From Antedon mediterranea (lineage: Eukaryota; Animalia; Echinodermata), in the NCBI RefSeq assembly GCF_964355755.1, contig NC_092680.1, positions 5,146,001 to 5,210,000 on the forward strand: DNA of 64,000 nt, written 5' to 3'. Below the pieces are notes generated by a model. That model saw nothing but the letters and a program-made list of their open reading frames with translations, did no database searches and was not told the DNA's origin. Both the position numbers and the translations under genes were made by a program. Positions 56,301 through 64,000 of the stretch are shown here, piece after piece. Every line of letters begins with the position of its first letter. Positions within the stretch are counted from its first letter, which is position 1.

Positions 56301-59300
56301 ATAAGATTAATAGTCAGATATCATTCCAAACCAACCGATTTTATTAGATAAATTGAAAGGTAATACAACTCTATAATTAAATATTTAAAACATAGAAATG
56401 TGTATTTACTGGGTAAAGTTTCAGAGATAAATTCGTAACTACCTGACCAAGTAATTTGTTTCCCAACCTGACGTTAAAATATACTGATCATGCTTACGTA
56501 TGAGAGAATGCTTGCTCGAAAGCGTTATTATGACGAATTGAAAAATCAGTAAAGTTTCACTTCCGATGTTGTGCAAAATTTACTCTATCCATGATTTCTA
56601 TGGTTTCTGACTACTTTATATGTACGGAAATGTTCGCATATATTCAGAAGACCAATGTACGTTATGCTATTGTAACAAGCTAGTGTTGTAAATGAAGTAG
56701 GCCTACTAATAAATTTAGCTGATTATCAACATTTGTCGTCAGAAGAGTATTGAGGGACATCATTATAACAACCATGTTCATGTAAATCTTTCAGAACACT
56801 AGCGGGTAACAATCTTAAATGTGGAGACTGTAATCATCATTGGTTACAAGAGCTGATTCATAAAAATAAAACGAGCAAAGAACTTTTATGTTGGGATGAC
56901 AAAACAAAGCAACAGATCAAACTGAATGATGTAACATTTGATAAAGATTGCAGTAAGTATGCCTGGCGAGTGTTGTTTTATGTCTATAGATAGGAGCCAT
57001 CACGTCCCTTTTAAATGCATCAATCTCTCTGTACAATCTTTACTTGCTGCCCGGGTGCCTCCTTACAAATTACGATTTTAGGAAATTTTATTATTTAACA
57101 AAATAAATAAATTACGGCAAAACATCTCCTTTGGGACATCCTTGTCAAGATGACGCTTTCCAGTGAAACAAACAAGAGTGAATATAAGATTTAACACTTG
57201 TATCGATCCCTATTCAGGGGACACCCATATTTCTTGGAACACTTAGTTGGATCCCGAAGGTGTCCATTTATTAGGGATTCCCATGTATATACTTACTTAC
57301 TTGTTACTTGTTTGCATAGCTATCCCCATTATTGGGGACATTTCGCCGTCATTGACATTATGTTGACATAGCACAACAATGAGAGACGTTAATTTTGATG
57401 AGAAGGTCATGGAACACTAATTAATTTTAAAAACAACTAAAAACCTGGGACCTGTAACCCTTGGTAGGGACCCTGACGGGTACTCTCCCTCTGGGTCAAA
57501 GGGATCCCGAAACTCATCGGTGACCAGTCAGATCTGGGGCAGGTGTGACTTTTCTGCAGAATTTTCTAAACCAACTTTCTCTAATGCATTTTTTGATGTA
57601 GATTAAGAATCTTTTTGTTGATCGGACTGATATTTTCAAAGATATAAACGTTTACAATCTTGATTTTTTATTCTGCAAAAAGTGACACCTATAGCTCAAA
57701 TACGACTGGTCTAATACGACTGGTCTAATACGACTTTTGTTCAACTCATCTGCGCCTCTAATTGGTTGTTTATTTTCTGTATTTAGTCTTACCTAATGTA
57801 TCTGTGTCAACCAACTACGTACGGTTGAATGAAAGTCAACGTACTGAGATAGATTGCACGGCCACCGGATCTCCAACACCTACGATAAAGTGGCTATTAA
57901 CTCCGAACAATCATTCCATAGTTAATATTACCAATGGAAAAAAGTTAATTGTACATAGTGCCTATCATGACGACAATGGTGAAATATTATGTGAAGCTAG
58001 CAACGAAGCCGGCAACGATATTAAGGTTGTCAATCTCACCGTTCAATGTAAGTAACAAAAAATAGTTTTGTGTTATTAAGTTAGGTTTTCGTTTAGAAAA
58101 TATATTGTTTACATCCATTTTTGTATTTAAACGAATTTTGATATCGGGAGTACAGCGCCCTCTAAATAAATAACAACGCCCTCTACATATAAATTGCGGT
58201 AGTGGAATAATCTGGTGTACTAGAATAATTTAGAGAGTTCCTATCGCAAAATATCTCTTGAAAACATGATGAACTTGTCGAATTATTCGCGCGAAAGATT
58301 GGAAAAACGATATTTGCAGTCGCGTGCTTAAGTTTACCGACCAACCGACCGACATAGTGAACCGTAGAGTCGCGTTGCACGCGACTAAAAACATAGGCCT
58401 ACCATAACATGGTGATTTCAAAATGTGGTTCGGTTCATTCAATGATTTGTAATACTACTGAACAATTGTTGAATATTCTTAAGAGAACATAAATTCCGTT
58501 AATCTATACTGCACTTTTTGATATTTTCGCCTAATTCCAGCATGGTGTGTTTAGGGTCAACTCTTTGTATTGACATGGCTCAATCGCTAAATACCGTGTA
58601 TTTAATTTTGTGATTTAGTGTTCCGAGTTTATTGTTTTTTTTACGCTTTCCTTTTTGCTCTCAATACTATTTCCTAACTGCGGCCTCACTGTAAAAATAG
58701 CGTTTAGATCTTGAAAATGTATTTTGTACCCACTTGTTCCACCCATTTAGCTTTTAAACACGTAGTTACATTTTTAAACCCTAAACGTCGCTATCATGTT
58801 TAGTCAACATGTTTAGGTACGTGTTTAGCGTTGCGTGCATACGATTTTACTGTGGCCTAAAAAGCTCCACGCATGAGCTCCACACATGGCAAATTAAACA
58901 CGTTTAAAACCTAAACGTGTCTTTATGTTGCTCCACATGTTTAACAATCAACACGTCACTGATGTGGTGAGTTAGATACATACTACATGTTTAGAATGTG
59001 TTTAGAACCTAAACATATTTCATATCTAAACATGTTTAAGATCTAACCATGTTTAAGATCTAACACTATTTTTACTACAGATTATAAATTTACATTTTCA
59101 CTTCAACATTTTCATTTTTCACATTTATTTTTCATCCAGTTTTAACTTGCGCAATCCTTCGATATCCTATCTGTACAGAATAAAAAATGTACATTTGCAT
59201 TTCTTCACGGTACTGTGCTTTCTAATGCTTGTCTTTCATAATATAATGCTTAACGGTTTATCGTGTACGTTCATTGCCTTCTGATTATAATCGGTCATCA

Positions 59301-62300
59301 ACTGAATAGCATATTGCTCCATGTTAATTTCAAATGAAAGTGATTTTTCTTTTTTATTTAAATAAGAAGACTGTTCAAGATTACTGATTATTGGTAACGT
59401 GCAAATAATTTATGTACAAAATCTTTTTATAAGTCACGTACGTCCAAACAGAATTTTCGATATTTTTCGGAACAAATAGAGCAATTCAACGTAATAATAT
59501 TGTAATTGGCCAATCGGGATTTAGTAAATGATTAACTTGGATGTAGGGTTAATTGAACATAAAATGTAATTGGTTTCAGTTTAGCCACGTCACTTTATAT
59601 TTGTGTGACGTCACTAAGTACATTATTGAATATTCTGTTTCATCGTTTCTTGATTTTAAACACATTTAAGCATATTCTTTATTTAAAAAAAAACCAATAA
59701 TATGACGTTAACTGTTTGTATTACCGTCACCAGAAAGGGGCCTTTAAATCTAGGCCTACAGCTCCATAGTTGGAAAGATAAAACGATAACGTTTACTCTG
59801 TAACGCGTTTGACGTTGATTTCTATATGTTGGATTGTTGCTATAAACGCGTGGTGAGTTCGTTATTATTCAAAACGCGTTTTCTCTGGGCGCATCACGTA
59901 CAGTAACTTGAAATGACCTGATAAGTTTCAAAATCCTACAACAGCGCAATTAGTATAGTAATAAGTGCCATGTTTCACGTATTCAATTAAACTGAGGCGT
60001 ATGTAAATCTAGGTTAACTTTCATATTTTGCTTAAGTGTTTAATAAACCTACGTATTGTATACTCTAATTACTATTTTAGGTTATTAATATTGTCATCAA
60101 TTACTGTACTGCAAAATGTTGACATTCTTGTTATTTGACAAATATCACTAATTATTATAATGTTCTTGCATTTTATAGTTGCTCCCAAGATCAACGACTT
60201 TTACGCAATCCTCGGAGAAGAGATATTCTATAAGACGTTGTTCTTCAATATTTCTGGCATTCCCATGCCGGAAATCGAGATTTTTCATGGTACAGATAAA
60301 CTAGCTATTGACACGGAGGGGAGCTTTTTAAAACGTGGCGAAAACAATTTCTCACCAACGCTGAATAGCTTTAACGGGTCCGTGCATTTTGTCCGCTGTT
60401 CACACGCTAACAATGGCAACTACACGCTGGTCATCAAGAATACGTTTGGATCTGACAAAGCCACGTTATACAACCTAATATTCGTCGGTGATCCAGGTAA
60501 TGCATTTACTGATGTATATTATGTATATTTACAAGACGATTATGAAGGCGTTTAATTAGTGGAATTTAAACTTAATAAATGCTTAACCTGACAACCAATA
60601 TACAATTGATTATTAAACAAAATGTGTGGTTGTCGAAGTTTATAAATTGTGATGGTTCGATAATACATGAATGACGCAATGACGATAATTATAATAGGGT
60701 TGAAAATGATAATGACTCTGACAATGATGAAGATGATTATGATGATGACAGCATTATTGATTGCCATACTATCCAAAATCATATGAATGGCTTAATAGAG
60801 TTGTCAAAAGTTGCTTAAAAATGATAGCGCAGCGCAGTAGGAAATGGGAGTGGTTTTATGTGCGGTGGAGGTTATGTGCGGGGAGGCTGATCGTCTGAAT
60901 GTTAAAATTAGAGGGTGTTAGGAATTGATGGTTTTGTTTTATTATCGTTAGTGCTTTTGACATCTTGAGTCGTGTACAGTTTTGTCGGTTGTGGGTGGTG
61001 GTATCAGTGGTGTGTAGTATAATGTCTTGTTTTGATGTAGTAGTGACTTAAAATTTCTACGAACGTGAACAGTCAAACCAAACATCACATTTGAAACTTT
61101 GCTGTGATGGAGAGAAACATTACATGGATACTTGTACAAAATCAAGATAATTTGAATTACGTGCTACACAGAGTGTTATAAAAAACTGACATTCCCCCAC
61201 TGTTACTTTTCCTGACTTAATTTGACATTAGGCCCAGGTTTTGAACATGTTAACAGCACAGCACAGCAAGTTTTTCCAACAGGATTAACAGGCCCGACAA
61301 ATTATCCAGTATATGAGACAAAACCCTCTGTACCCATAGTAAGTATGTTTGTGACAGGGTGTAACGAACCACGTGTTGTGATCATTTGCATGACGTGTCC
61401 ACCTGTGCATGTGTTGTTTGAAAAGCTGACTGTTATATTGTGCGCTTCATTTTTATTCTAACGCTTTATATAAAGGCTGATGCATACAAGAGCAATTCCT
61501 CTGCGTTCGTATACGCACTCTAACGCAAGCGCGTCAACACTCATCTACCGTAACTATTATAGCTGGTGTCGGTAGATCTGATGCGCTGCATGGGTAAATT
61601 GTCGGTACACGCAAAAAATACATTGAAACGAACTTAAGTAGAATGTGTTTGTTAGTCCAATTGACGCTTTGCTTGTGTGCAGCAGCTTACCAAACGCATA
61701 TTCTGCGGCGCTCGACACCTCATTGTGCTGTAGTTTGCACCAGCCATTGTTTTTTTTACTGTGATCATCAACTTGTGTTTTTACTTTAATGTTTGGATGA
61801 AAATCATTATTACTGGTGTTTTTGTGTTTGTCACTGATTTGATTAGATCCTACAATAAGCCTTCCAAATACTGGTGTTACACCGGTTGCTGTTGTTCCAA
61901 CTAATGAGACAAATATTATAGTAAGTGAAATTATCAGTCAGCAAGCACAAATACGGTAGAGCCCCTCCTTTCGGGACATCCATTTTAAAGCTTGGTTCCC
62001 ACTAGGACGCAGCGCAAGGACGTAGACGCAACGCAAGCAAGTTGACCAATCACACGCGACTGTGTGATTAATCCATCGCTTGTGATTGGTCAAATCACTG
62101 TGCTTTGCGTTACGTCCTTGCATGAACTTATTGTTGCGTCCAGGTGTCCCCTTAATAGGGGTTCTACTGTGTTATAGGTATATTATACGTTTAAAAAAAC
62201 TACTTTTAACATAAACTCCGGTACACATTTAGATATTGTATAATAGGCACTATCATTGTATAAATTATCCACGTAGGCCTAATACTGGCTACCACATATC

Positions 62301-63618
62301 ACAACAAAACAGGACATTGGTGGTTTTATATTGCAACTATAACACCTATATCTTTAGTGACTTTATTCTGCTGTTTTTACTTACCTTTTCCTTGCATGTT
62401 TATTTTAAACTTGGTTCCCACTCTGCGTCTAGGGCGCGACACAAAACAAAAATTTGACCCAATCACAAGTGACATTTCGGATTATCCTGTGTTGCGTGTA
62501 CTTATGTCTTTGCGTTGCGCCTTTTAAGCTTGGTTCCTACTAGGACGCAACGCAAGGATGTAAGCCGCAACGCAAGCGAATTCCAATCAAAAGCGATGGA
62601 TTATTATTCGAACTATCGCTTTTAATTGGTAAATTCGCTTGCGTTTCGGCTTACGTCCTTGCGTTGCGTCCTAGTAGGAACCACGCTTTAGTGTGCGAAC
62701 TAAGCTTTGTGTTAAGCATGGATTAAACTAAAGTTTTTTAAACGGCTAATTTCTAATTTTTCTTCCTTCCATAATATTCTGTTCTATCATCTGCTTCTTT
62801 GTCTGATAGATGCATGATTCCATTATGCTATTTCCTCACTACAGTCAGGGGAAAAATTGCAAAAGGTTAAATATGGTTTAGGTATCAGATAGTCTATATT
62901 GTTTTGACATCTGTAACATGACCACAGTCCTGATTTTGCCATTTCCCCTGACTATAAATTAAGTAGCTTCCATGTGTTACACATAATTACATTAACATTT
63001 ATTTTTATATAATTAATTTAACATAGTTGCCTAACAGATGTTAATTCCTTTGCCAAAACTCTACTACGTGATAAGAAAAGTAGACCTATTTGATTTTTAA
63101 TGATTTTAATAATTATCATTCTTTATGCATTGGTAAAGTTGATATATTTATACATTTAAATATGTTTTCCATAATCAAAATTATGAAATAAAATCTACAC
63201 CCAGATTTTTGGATTTTAATAATTATCATTCTTTATGCATTGGTAAAGTTGATATATTTATACATTTAAATATGTTTTCCATAATCAAAATTATGAAATA
63301 AAATCTTCACCCAGAATAAGTACCATTAAGTGTCCCAAACTCAGGGAGATGTCTGTCTGCTCTTATCTCACTATAAATGACCCAACATGTAATTTTCCAA
63401 TTTATAATTTGATTTATTTAAACTTTCCCAGCCATATGTAATAGTGCTAGCTATTATCGCTGCTATAATAGTCTTAGTGGCGTGTTTCATCAAGTTTCGA
63501 CATAAGAAAAGTCGTCGCCATCATCATGCCTTTGAAAATGGTGAAGTACTGGATCCTTTACGACCACACGCCCCGACATTACCTATGGTGGAAAATCCAA
63601 ACTATCTTAATGGAATAC
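14191..63618 (+). CDS. NTRK: Trk-family neurotrophin receptor tyrosine kinase, spliced, 5' part (kinase exons beyond window)
   Basis: Phase-compatible GT-AG exons 14191-14387, 47587-47661, 49166-49237, 50400-50471, 56795-56952, 57787-58047, 60179-60496, [61283-61338 or 61847-61920], 63432-63618. They give signal peptide-LRRNT-3xLRR-LRRCT-Ig-Ig(SHANNGNYTL)-stalk-TM-ENPNY, the Trk architecture. The kinase domain itself is not visible. Confidence 0.9.
17735..17891. mobile_element. MITE family A copy abutting a family B copy
   Basis: AGCTTTGTTTCCATTAGGACGCA ... GCGTCCTAGTGGGAACC. Confidence 0.75.
17892..18054. mobile_element. MITE family B copy (TIR AGCTCTGTCTACACTATCAAAC)
   Basis: Right TIR GTTTGATAGTGTAGACAGAGCT|tta; internal CAAATATGGTA repeats. 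Confidence 0.75.
21777..21887. mobile_element. MITE family B, degenerate
   Basis: GTGCCCAAATATGGTAGTGATATGACGTCATCGTGTCCATATATGGGCACATCAC core. Confidence 0.7.
22779..22830. mobile_element. 52-bp CATG..CTATG micro-element with near-perfect 7-bp TSD
   Basis: Flanks ATTACAG / ATTATAG; termini CATGAACCT / AGGTCTATG. Confidence 0.45.
24905..25431. repeat. Tandem repeat, ~175-bp unit x3
   Basis: CGTCTAGGCCTAAGAAGCTATG...GATAACCCCTGAAATAACAGATAACTGTTATAC...GATTCTTG starting at ~24905, 25086 and 25259. Confidence 0.9.
26661..26800. mobile_element. MITE family B (reverse orientation)
   Basis: Ends TTTGATAGTGTAGGCAGAGCT|taa; same internal core. Confidence 0.75.
31008..31160. mobile_element. MITE family B, right end truncated
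   Basis: AGCTCTGTCTACACCATCAAACT start; GCCCAAATATGGTAGT repeats. Confidence 0.75.
32427..32550 (+). mobile_element. tRNA-derived SINE fragment (related copy ~31190-31320)
   Basis: GGTTCGAATC B-box followed by GGCGACTTTTT...GATTTCCTCAT...CGTTTCA, shared with the 31230-31290 region. Confidence 0.45.
34039..34406. mobile_element. Palindromic Harbinger-like MITE (~370 bp)
   Basis: AGGCCCAATTACACTATGACGATAACGACGGACGATAAA ... TTTATCGTCGATCGTTATCGTCCTAGTGTATGGGCCT; related fragment near 5290-5460. Confidence 0.75.
34533..36145. mobile_element. Non-autonomous hAT element, 1613 bp, perfect 8-bp TSD
   Basis: TSD ATTCATAT at 34525-34532 and 36146-36153; TIRs CAGGGGTGGCGCCAG / CTGGCGCCACCACTG (14/15); subterminal CCCGACG.GGGGGCTA repeats at both ends. 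Confidence 0.92.
35422..36069. repeat. Internal ~328-bp tandem duplication in the hAT element
   Basis: AACCGTCGGTAAACTTCGCCTGG at 35423 and 35751; both copies end in CCCGACAAAAAGTACCCGTGTTCCC. Confidence 0.92.
36335..37378. repeat. Degenerate higher-order repeat containing ~57-bp units (GACTGCAAAATTGGGCTTATCAACAAATAAATACTTTCGTTCAAAATG)
   Basis: Units near 36340, 36570, 36625, 36995, 37210, 37264 and 37320. Confidence 0.75.
37400..37564. mobile_element. MITE family B
   Basis: tta|AGCTCTGTCTATACTATCAAAC ... CAGTGTAGACACAGAACT. Confidence 0.75.
38640..39065 (+). mobile_element. Decayed 3' fragment of a CR1/L2-group LINE ORF2
   Basis: TETKFLDITIDSNLNWKPHI...LKYHLP..LYSTLMLPYLSY..IAWG...LFRLQKR...SIFYAGP matches the post-RT (KFLGxxxD..L.W..HI) region of CR1/L2 elements; internally deleted. 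Confidence 0.8.
39085..39233. mobile_element. Two adjacent MITE family A pieces
   Basis: ...CTAGTGGAAACCACGCA tta AGCTTGGTTTCCA...GGGAACCAAGCA. Confidence 0.7.
40794..40949. mobile_element. MITE family B, full length
   Basis: CTCTGTCTACACTATCAAACTT ... AAGTTTGATAGCGTAGACAGAGCT|tta. Confidence 0.85.
43709..43868. mobile_element. MITE family A, young full-length copy
   Basis: Long perfect TIR AGCGTGGTTCCCACTAGCGACGCAAC / GTTGCGTCGCTAGTGGGAACCACGCT, flanked by taa/tta. More degenerate copies at ~12047-12216, 43130-43266, 44250-44403, 50867-50989 and 53395-53515. Confidence 0.88.
46250..46274. mobile_element. 25-bp hairpin micro-element with perfect 7-bp TSD
   Basis: TTATAAC|CATGGACCTA-TAAAT-TAGGTCCATG|TTATAAC. 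Confidence 0.6.
47587..47661 (+). CDS. NTRK: Trk exon 2 (LRR1, 75 nt)
   Basis: tttttcag|A ATA ATT GAA...=(L)IIERQTAITRIDNLTLRAFPRLQVL|gtaagt; phase 2-2. Confidence 0.85.
47782..47938. mobile_element. MITE family B, full length with TTA TSD
   Basis: tta|AGCTTTGTCTACACTATCAAAC ... ATAGTGTAGACAGAGGT|tta; another partial copy at 52570-52692. Confidence 0.85.
49166..49237 (+). CDS. NTRK: Trk exon 3 (LRR2, 72 nt)
   Basis: tacag|A AAA CTT...=KLGGNNISEIAHDAFAGNKELTTI|gtaagt; phase 2-2. Confidence 0.9.
49313..49693. mobile_element. Nested MITE family A cluster (inner 49401-49579 in outer 49354-49693, next to a third fragment)
   Basis: The inner copy is flanked by an identical TAA TSD, and the outer copy reads through when it is removed. 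Confidence 0.8.
50400..50471 (+). CDS. NTRK: Trk exon 4 (LRR3, 72 nt)
   Basis: ctccacag|A GAA CTA...=ELDQNGFQYLPWQPFAYLFKLKKL|gtaagt; Trk-typical LxW motif. Confidence 0.9.
56795..56952 (+). CDS. NTRK: Trk exon 5 (LRRCT)
   Basis: ctttcag|...TLAGNNLKCGDCNHHWLQE...LLCWDD...FDKDC|gtaagt; phase 2-1. Confidence 0.9.
57787..58047 (+). CDS. NTRK: Trk exon 6 (Ig-like domain 1, I-set)
   Basis: LPNVSVS...IDCTATGSPTPTIKW...DDNGEILCEASNEAG...VNLTVQ; atttag| and T|gtaagt; phase 1-1. Confidence 0.92.
58318..58391 (-). mobile_element. Helentron/DINE-like non-autonomous fragment
   Basis: Minus strand TTTTTAGTCGCGTGCAACGCGACTCTAC...ATGTCGGTCGGTTGGTCGG...GCACGCGACT: T-run, hairpin, GTCG microsatellite and sub-terminal IR. 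Confidence 0.5.
58687..59080. mobile_element. CACTG-terminus (CMC/EnSpm-like) MITE with internal CATGTTTAG-like repeats
   Basis: CACTGTAAAAATAGCGTTTAGATCTT ... AAGATCTAACACTATTTTTAC. Confidence 0.6.
60179..60496 (+). CDS. NTRK: Trk exon 7 (Ig-like domain 2, predicted neurotrophin-binding d5)
   Basis: FAPKI...FNISGIPMPEIEIFHG...SHANNGNYTLVIKNTFGSD...GDP; ttttatag| and G|gtaatg; phase 1-1. Confidence 0.92.
61283..61338 (+). CDS. NTRK: Trk candidate stalk exon 8a (GLTGPTNYPVYETKPSVPI; alternative in-frame acceptor at 61232)
   Basis: tttttccaacag| acceptor, ATA|gtaagt donor, open in phase 1-0. Confidence 0.5.
61474..61746. mobile_element. Harbinger-like MITE between stalk exons 8a and 8b
   Basis: taa|AGGCTGATGCATACAA ... 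TAGTTTGCACCAGCCA imperfect TIR. Confidence 0.5.
61847..61920 (+). CDS. NTRK: Trk stalk exon 8b (DPTISLPNTGVTPVAVVPTNETNII)
   Basis: ctgatttgattag| acceptor, ATA|gtaagt donor, phase 1-0, joining exon 7 to the TM exon in frame. Confidence 0.72.
61954..62169. mobile_element. pogo/Tc1-like MITE carrying a nested family A MITE
   Basis: ta|CGGTAGAGCCCCT ... AGGGGTTCTACTG; the family A copy starts at ~61990; related element at ~57114-57287. Confidence 0.65.
62408..62706. mobile_element. Nested MITE family A pair (inner 62527-62687, TTA TSD)
   Basis: The inner copy tta|AGCTTGGTTCCTACTAG...CTAGTAGGAACCACGCT|tta sits in the right TIR of an older copy. Confidence 0.8.
62842..62954. mobile_element. Tc1/mariner-like MITE (TA TSD)
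   Basis: ta|CAGTCAGGGGAAA ... TTTCCCCTGACTA|ta. Confidence 0.65.
63102..63315. repeat. Near-identical tandem duplication, 110-bp period
   Basis: GATTTTAATAATTATCATTC...AAATCTWCACCCAGA at 63102 and 63212. Confidence 0.92.
63432..63618 (+). CDS. NTRK: Trk exon 9: transmembrane helix + juxtamembrane NPxY
   Basis: ctttcccag|PYVIVLAIIAAIIVLVACFI-KFRHKKSRR...LPMVENPNYLNGI|gtaagt; phase 0-1. Confidence 0.92.
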
Positions 63619-64000
63619 GTAAGTTCCACATGTACATGTATTCATTTTAACTAAGCATGTTTGGTGTAGAGGCCTATGAAAATGTATATTATATAAGGTC
63701 TAATACAAAAACATCAGTAACGTCACTGAATCTAGGTCTTACTTTGATAGTGCTGTTTTACTTTTACTATATACATATATCCATGGTAGGTGGCAGCGCA
63801 AATACGTCGACGCAATTGGCATGCAATTTAACAATGGGTAGCTTTGCAACGACTTAAAAAACTAGTTACGTCATATTAATGTATTACTTATGAGACATTT
63901 GAATGTGCTTCGCGTCGTCACAGTTTTGGCGGATTATATGTCCATGAGTAGACGATCTAGAACCAATACGCCTGAAAAGATTCACTGTCCCTGCAAAAGG

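Overview
AT-rich, intron- and MITE-rich eukaryotic (metazoan) genomic DNA, probably a marine invertebrate deuterostome such as an echinoderm (inference from the gene and repeat types; no database search was run). There are two main contents. (1) The right part of an apparently intact, spliced hAT-superfamily DNA transposon (~1-4983): a 720+ aa DDE transposase with a TTF-type Zn finger, a near-perfect 11x118-bp tandem array right after the stop codon, and a right TIR-like end. (2) The 5' portion of a Trk-family (neurotrophin receptor) tyrosine kinase gene on the + strand. Exons assembled by eye from 14191 to 63618 encode signal peptide, LRRNT, 3 LRRs, LRRCT, two Ig domains, stalk, TM and the NPxY motif; the kinase exons lie beyond the window and intron 1 is 33.2 kb. 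The most notable observation is a pair of phase-1-to-0 extracellular stalk exons (61283-61338 and 61847-61920) that cannot be joined in frame, i.e. candidate mutually exclusive exons; including both would give a TM-less secreted ectodomain. The predicted ligand-binding Ig2 domain also lacks the canonical Trk-d5 cysteine pair. The introns hold many non-autonomous transposons (hAT, PIF/Harbinger-like, MULE-like, pogo/Tc1-like, P-like micro-elements, a Helentron-like fragment and a LINE remnant), several of them nested.
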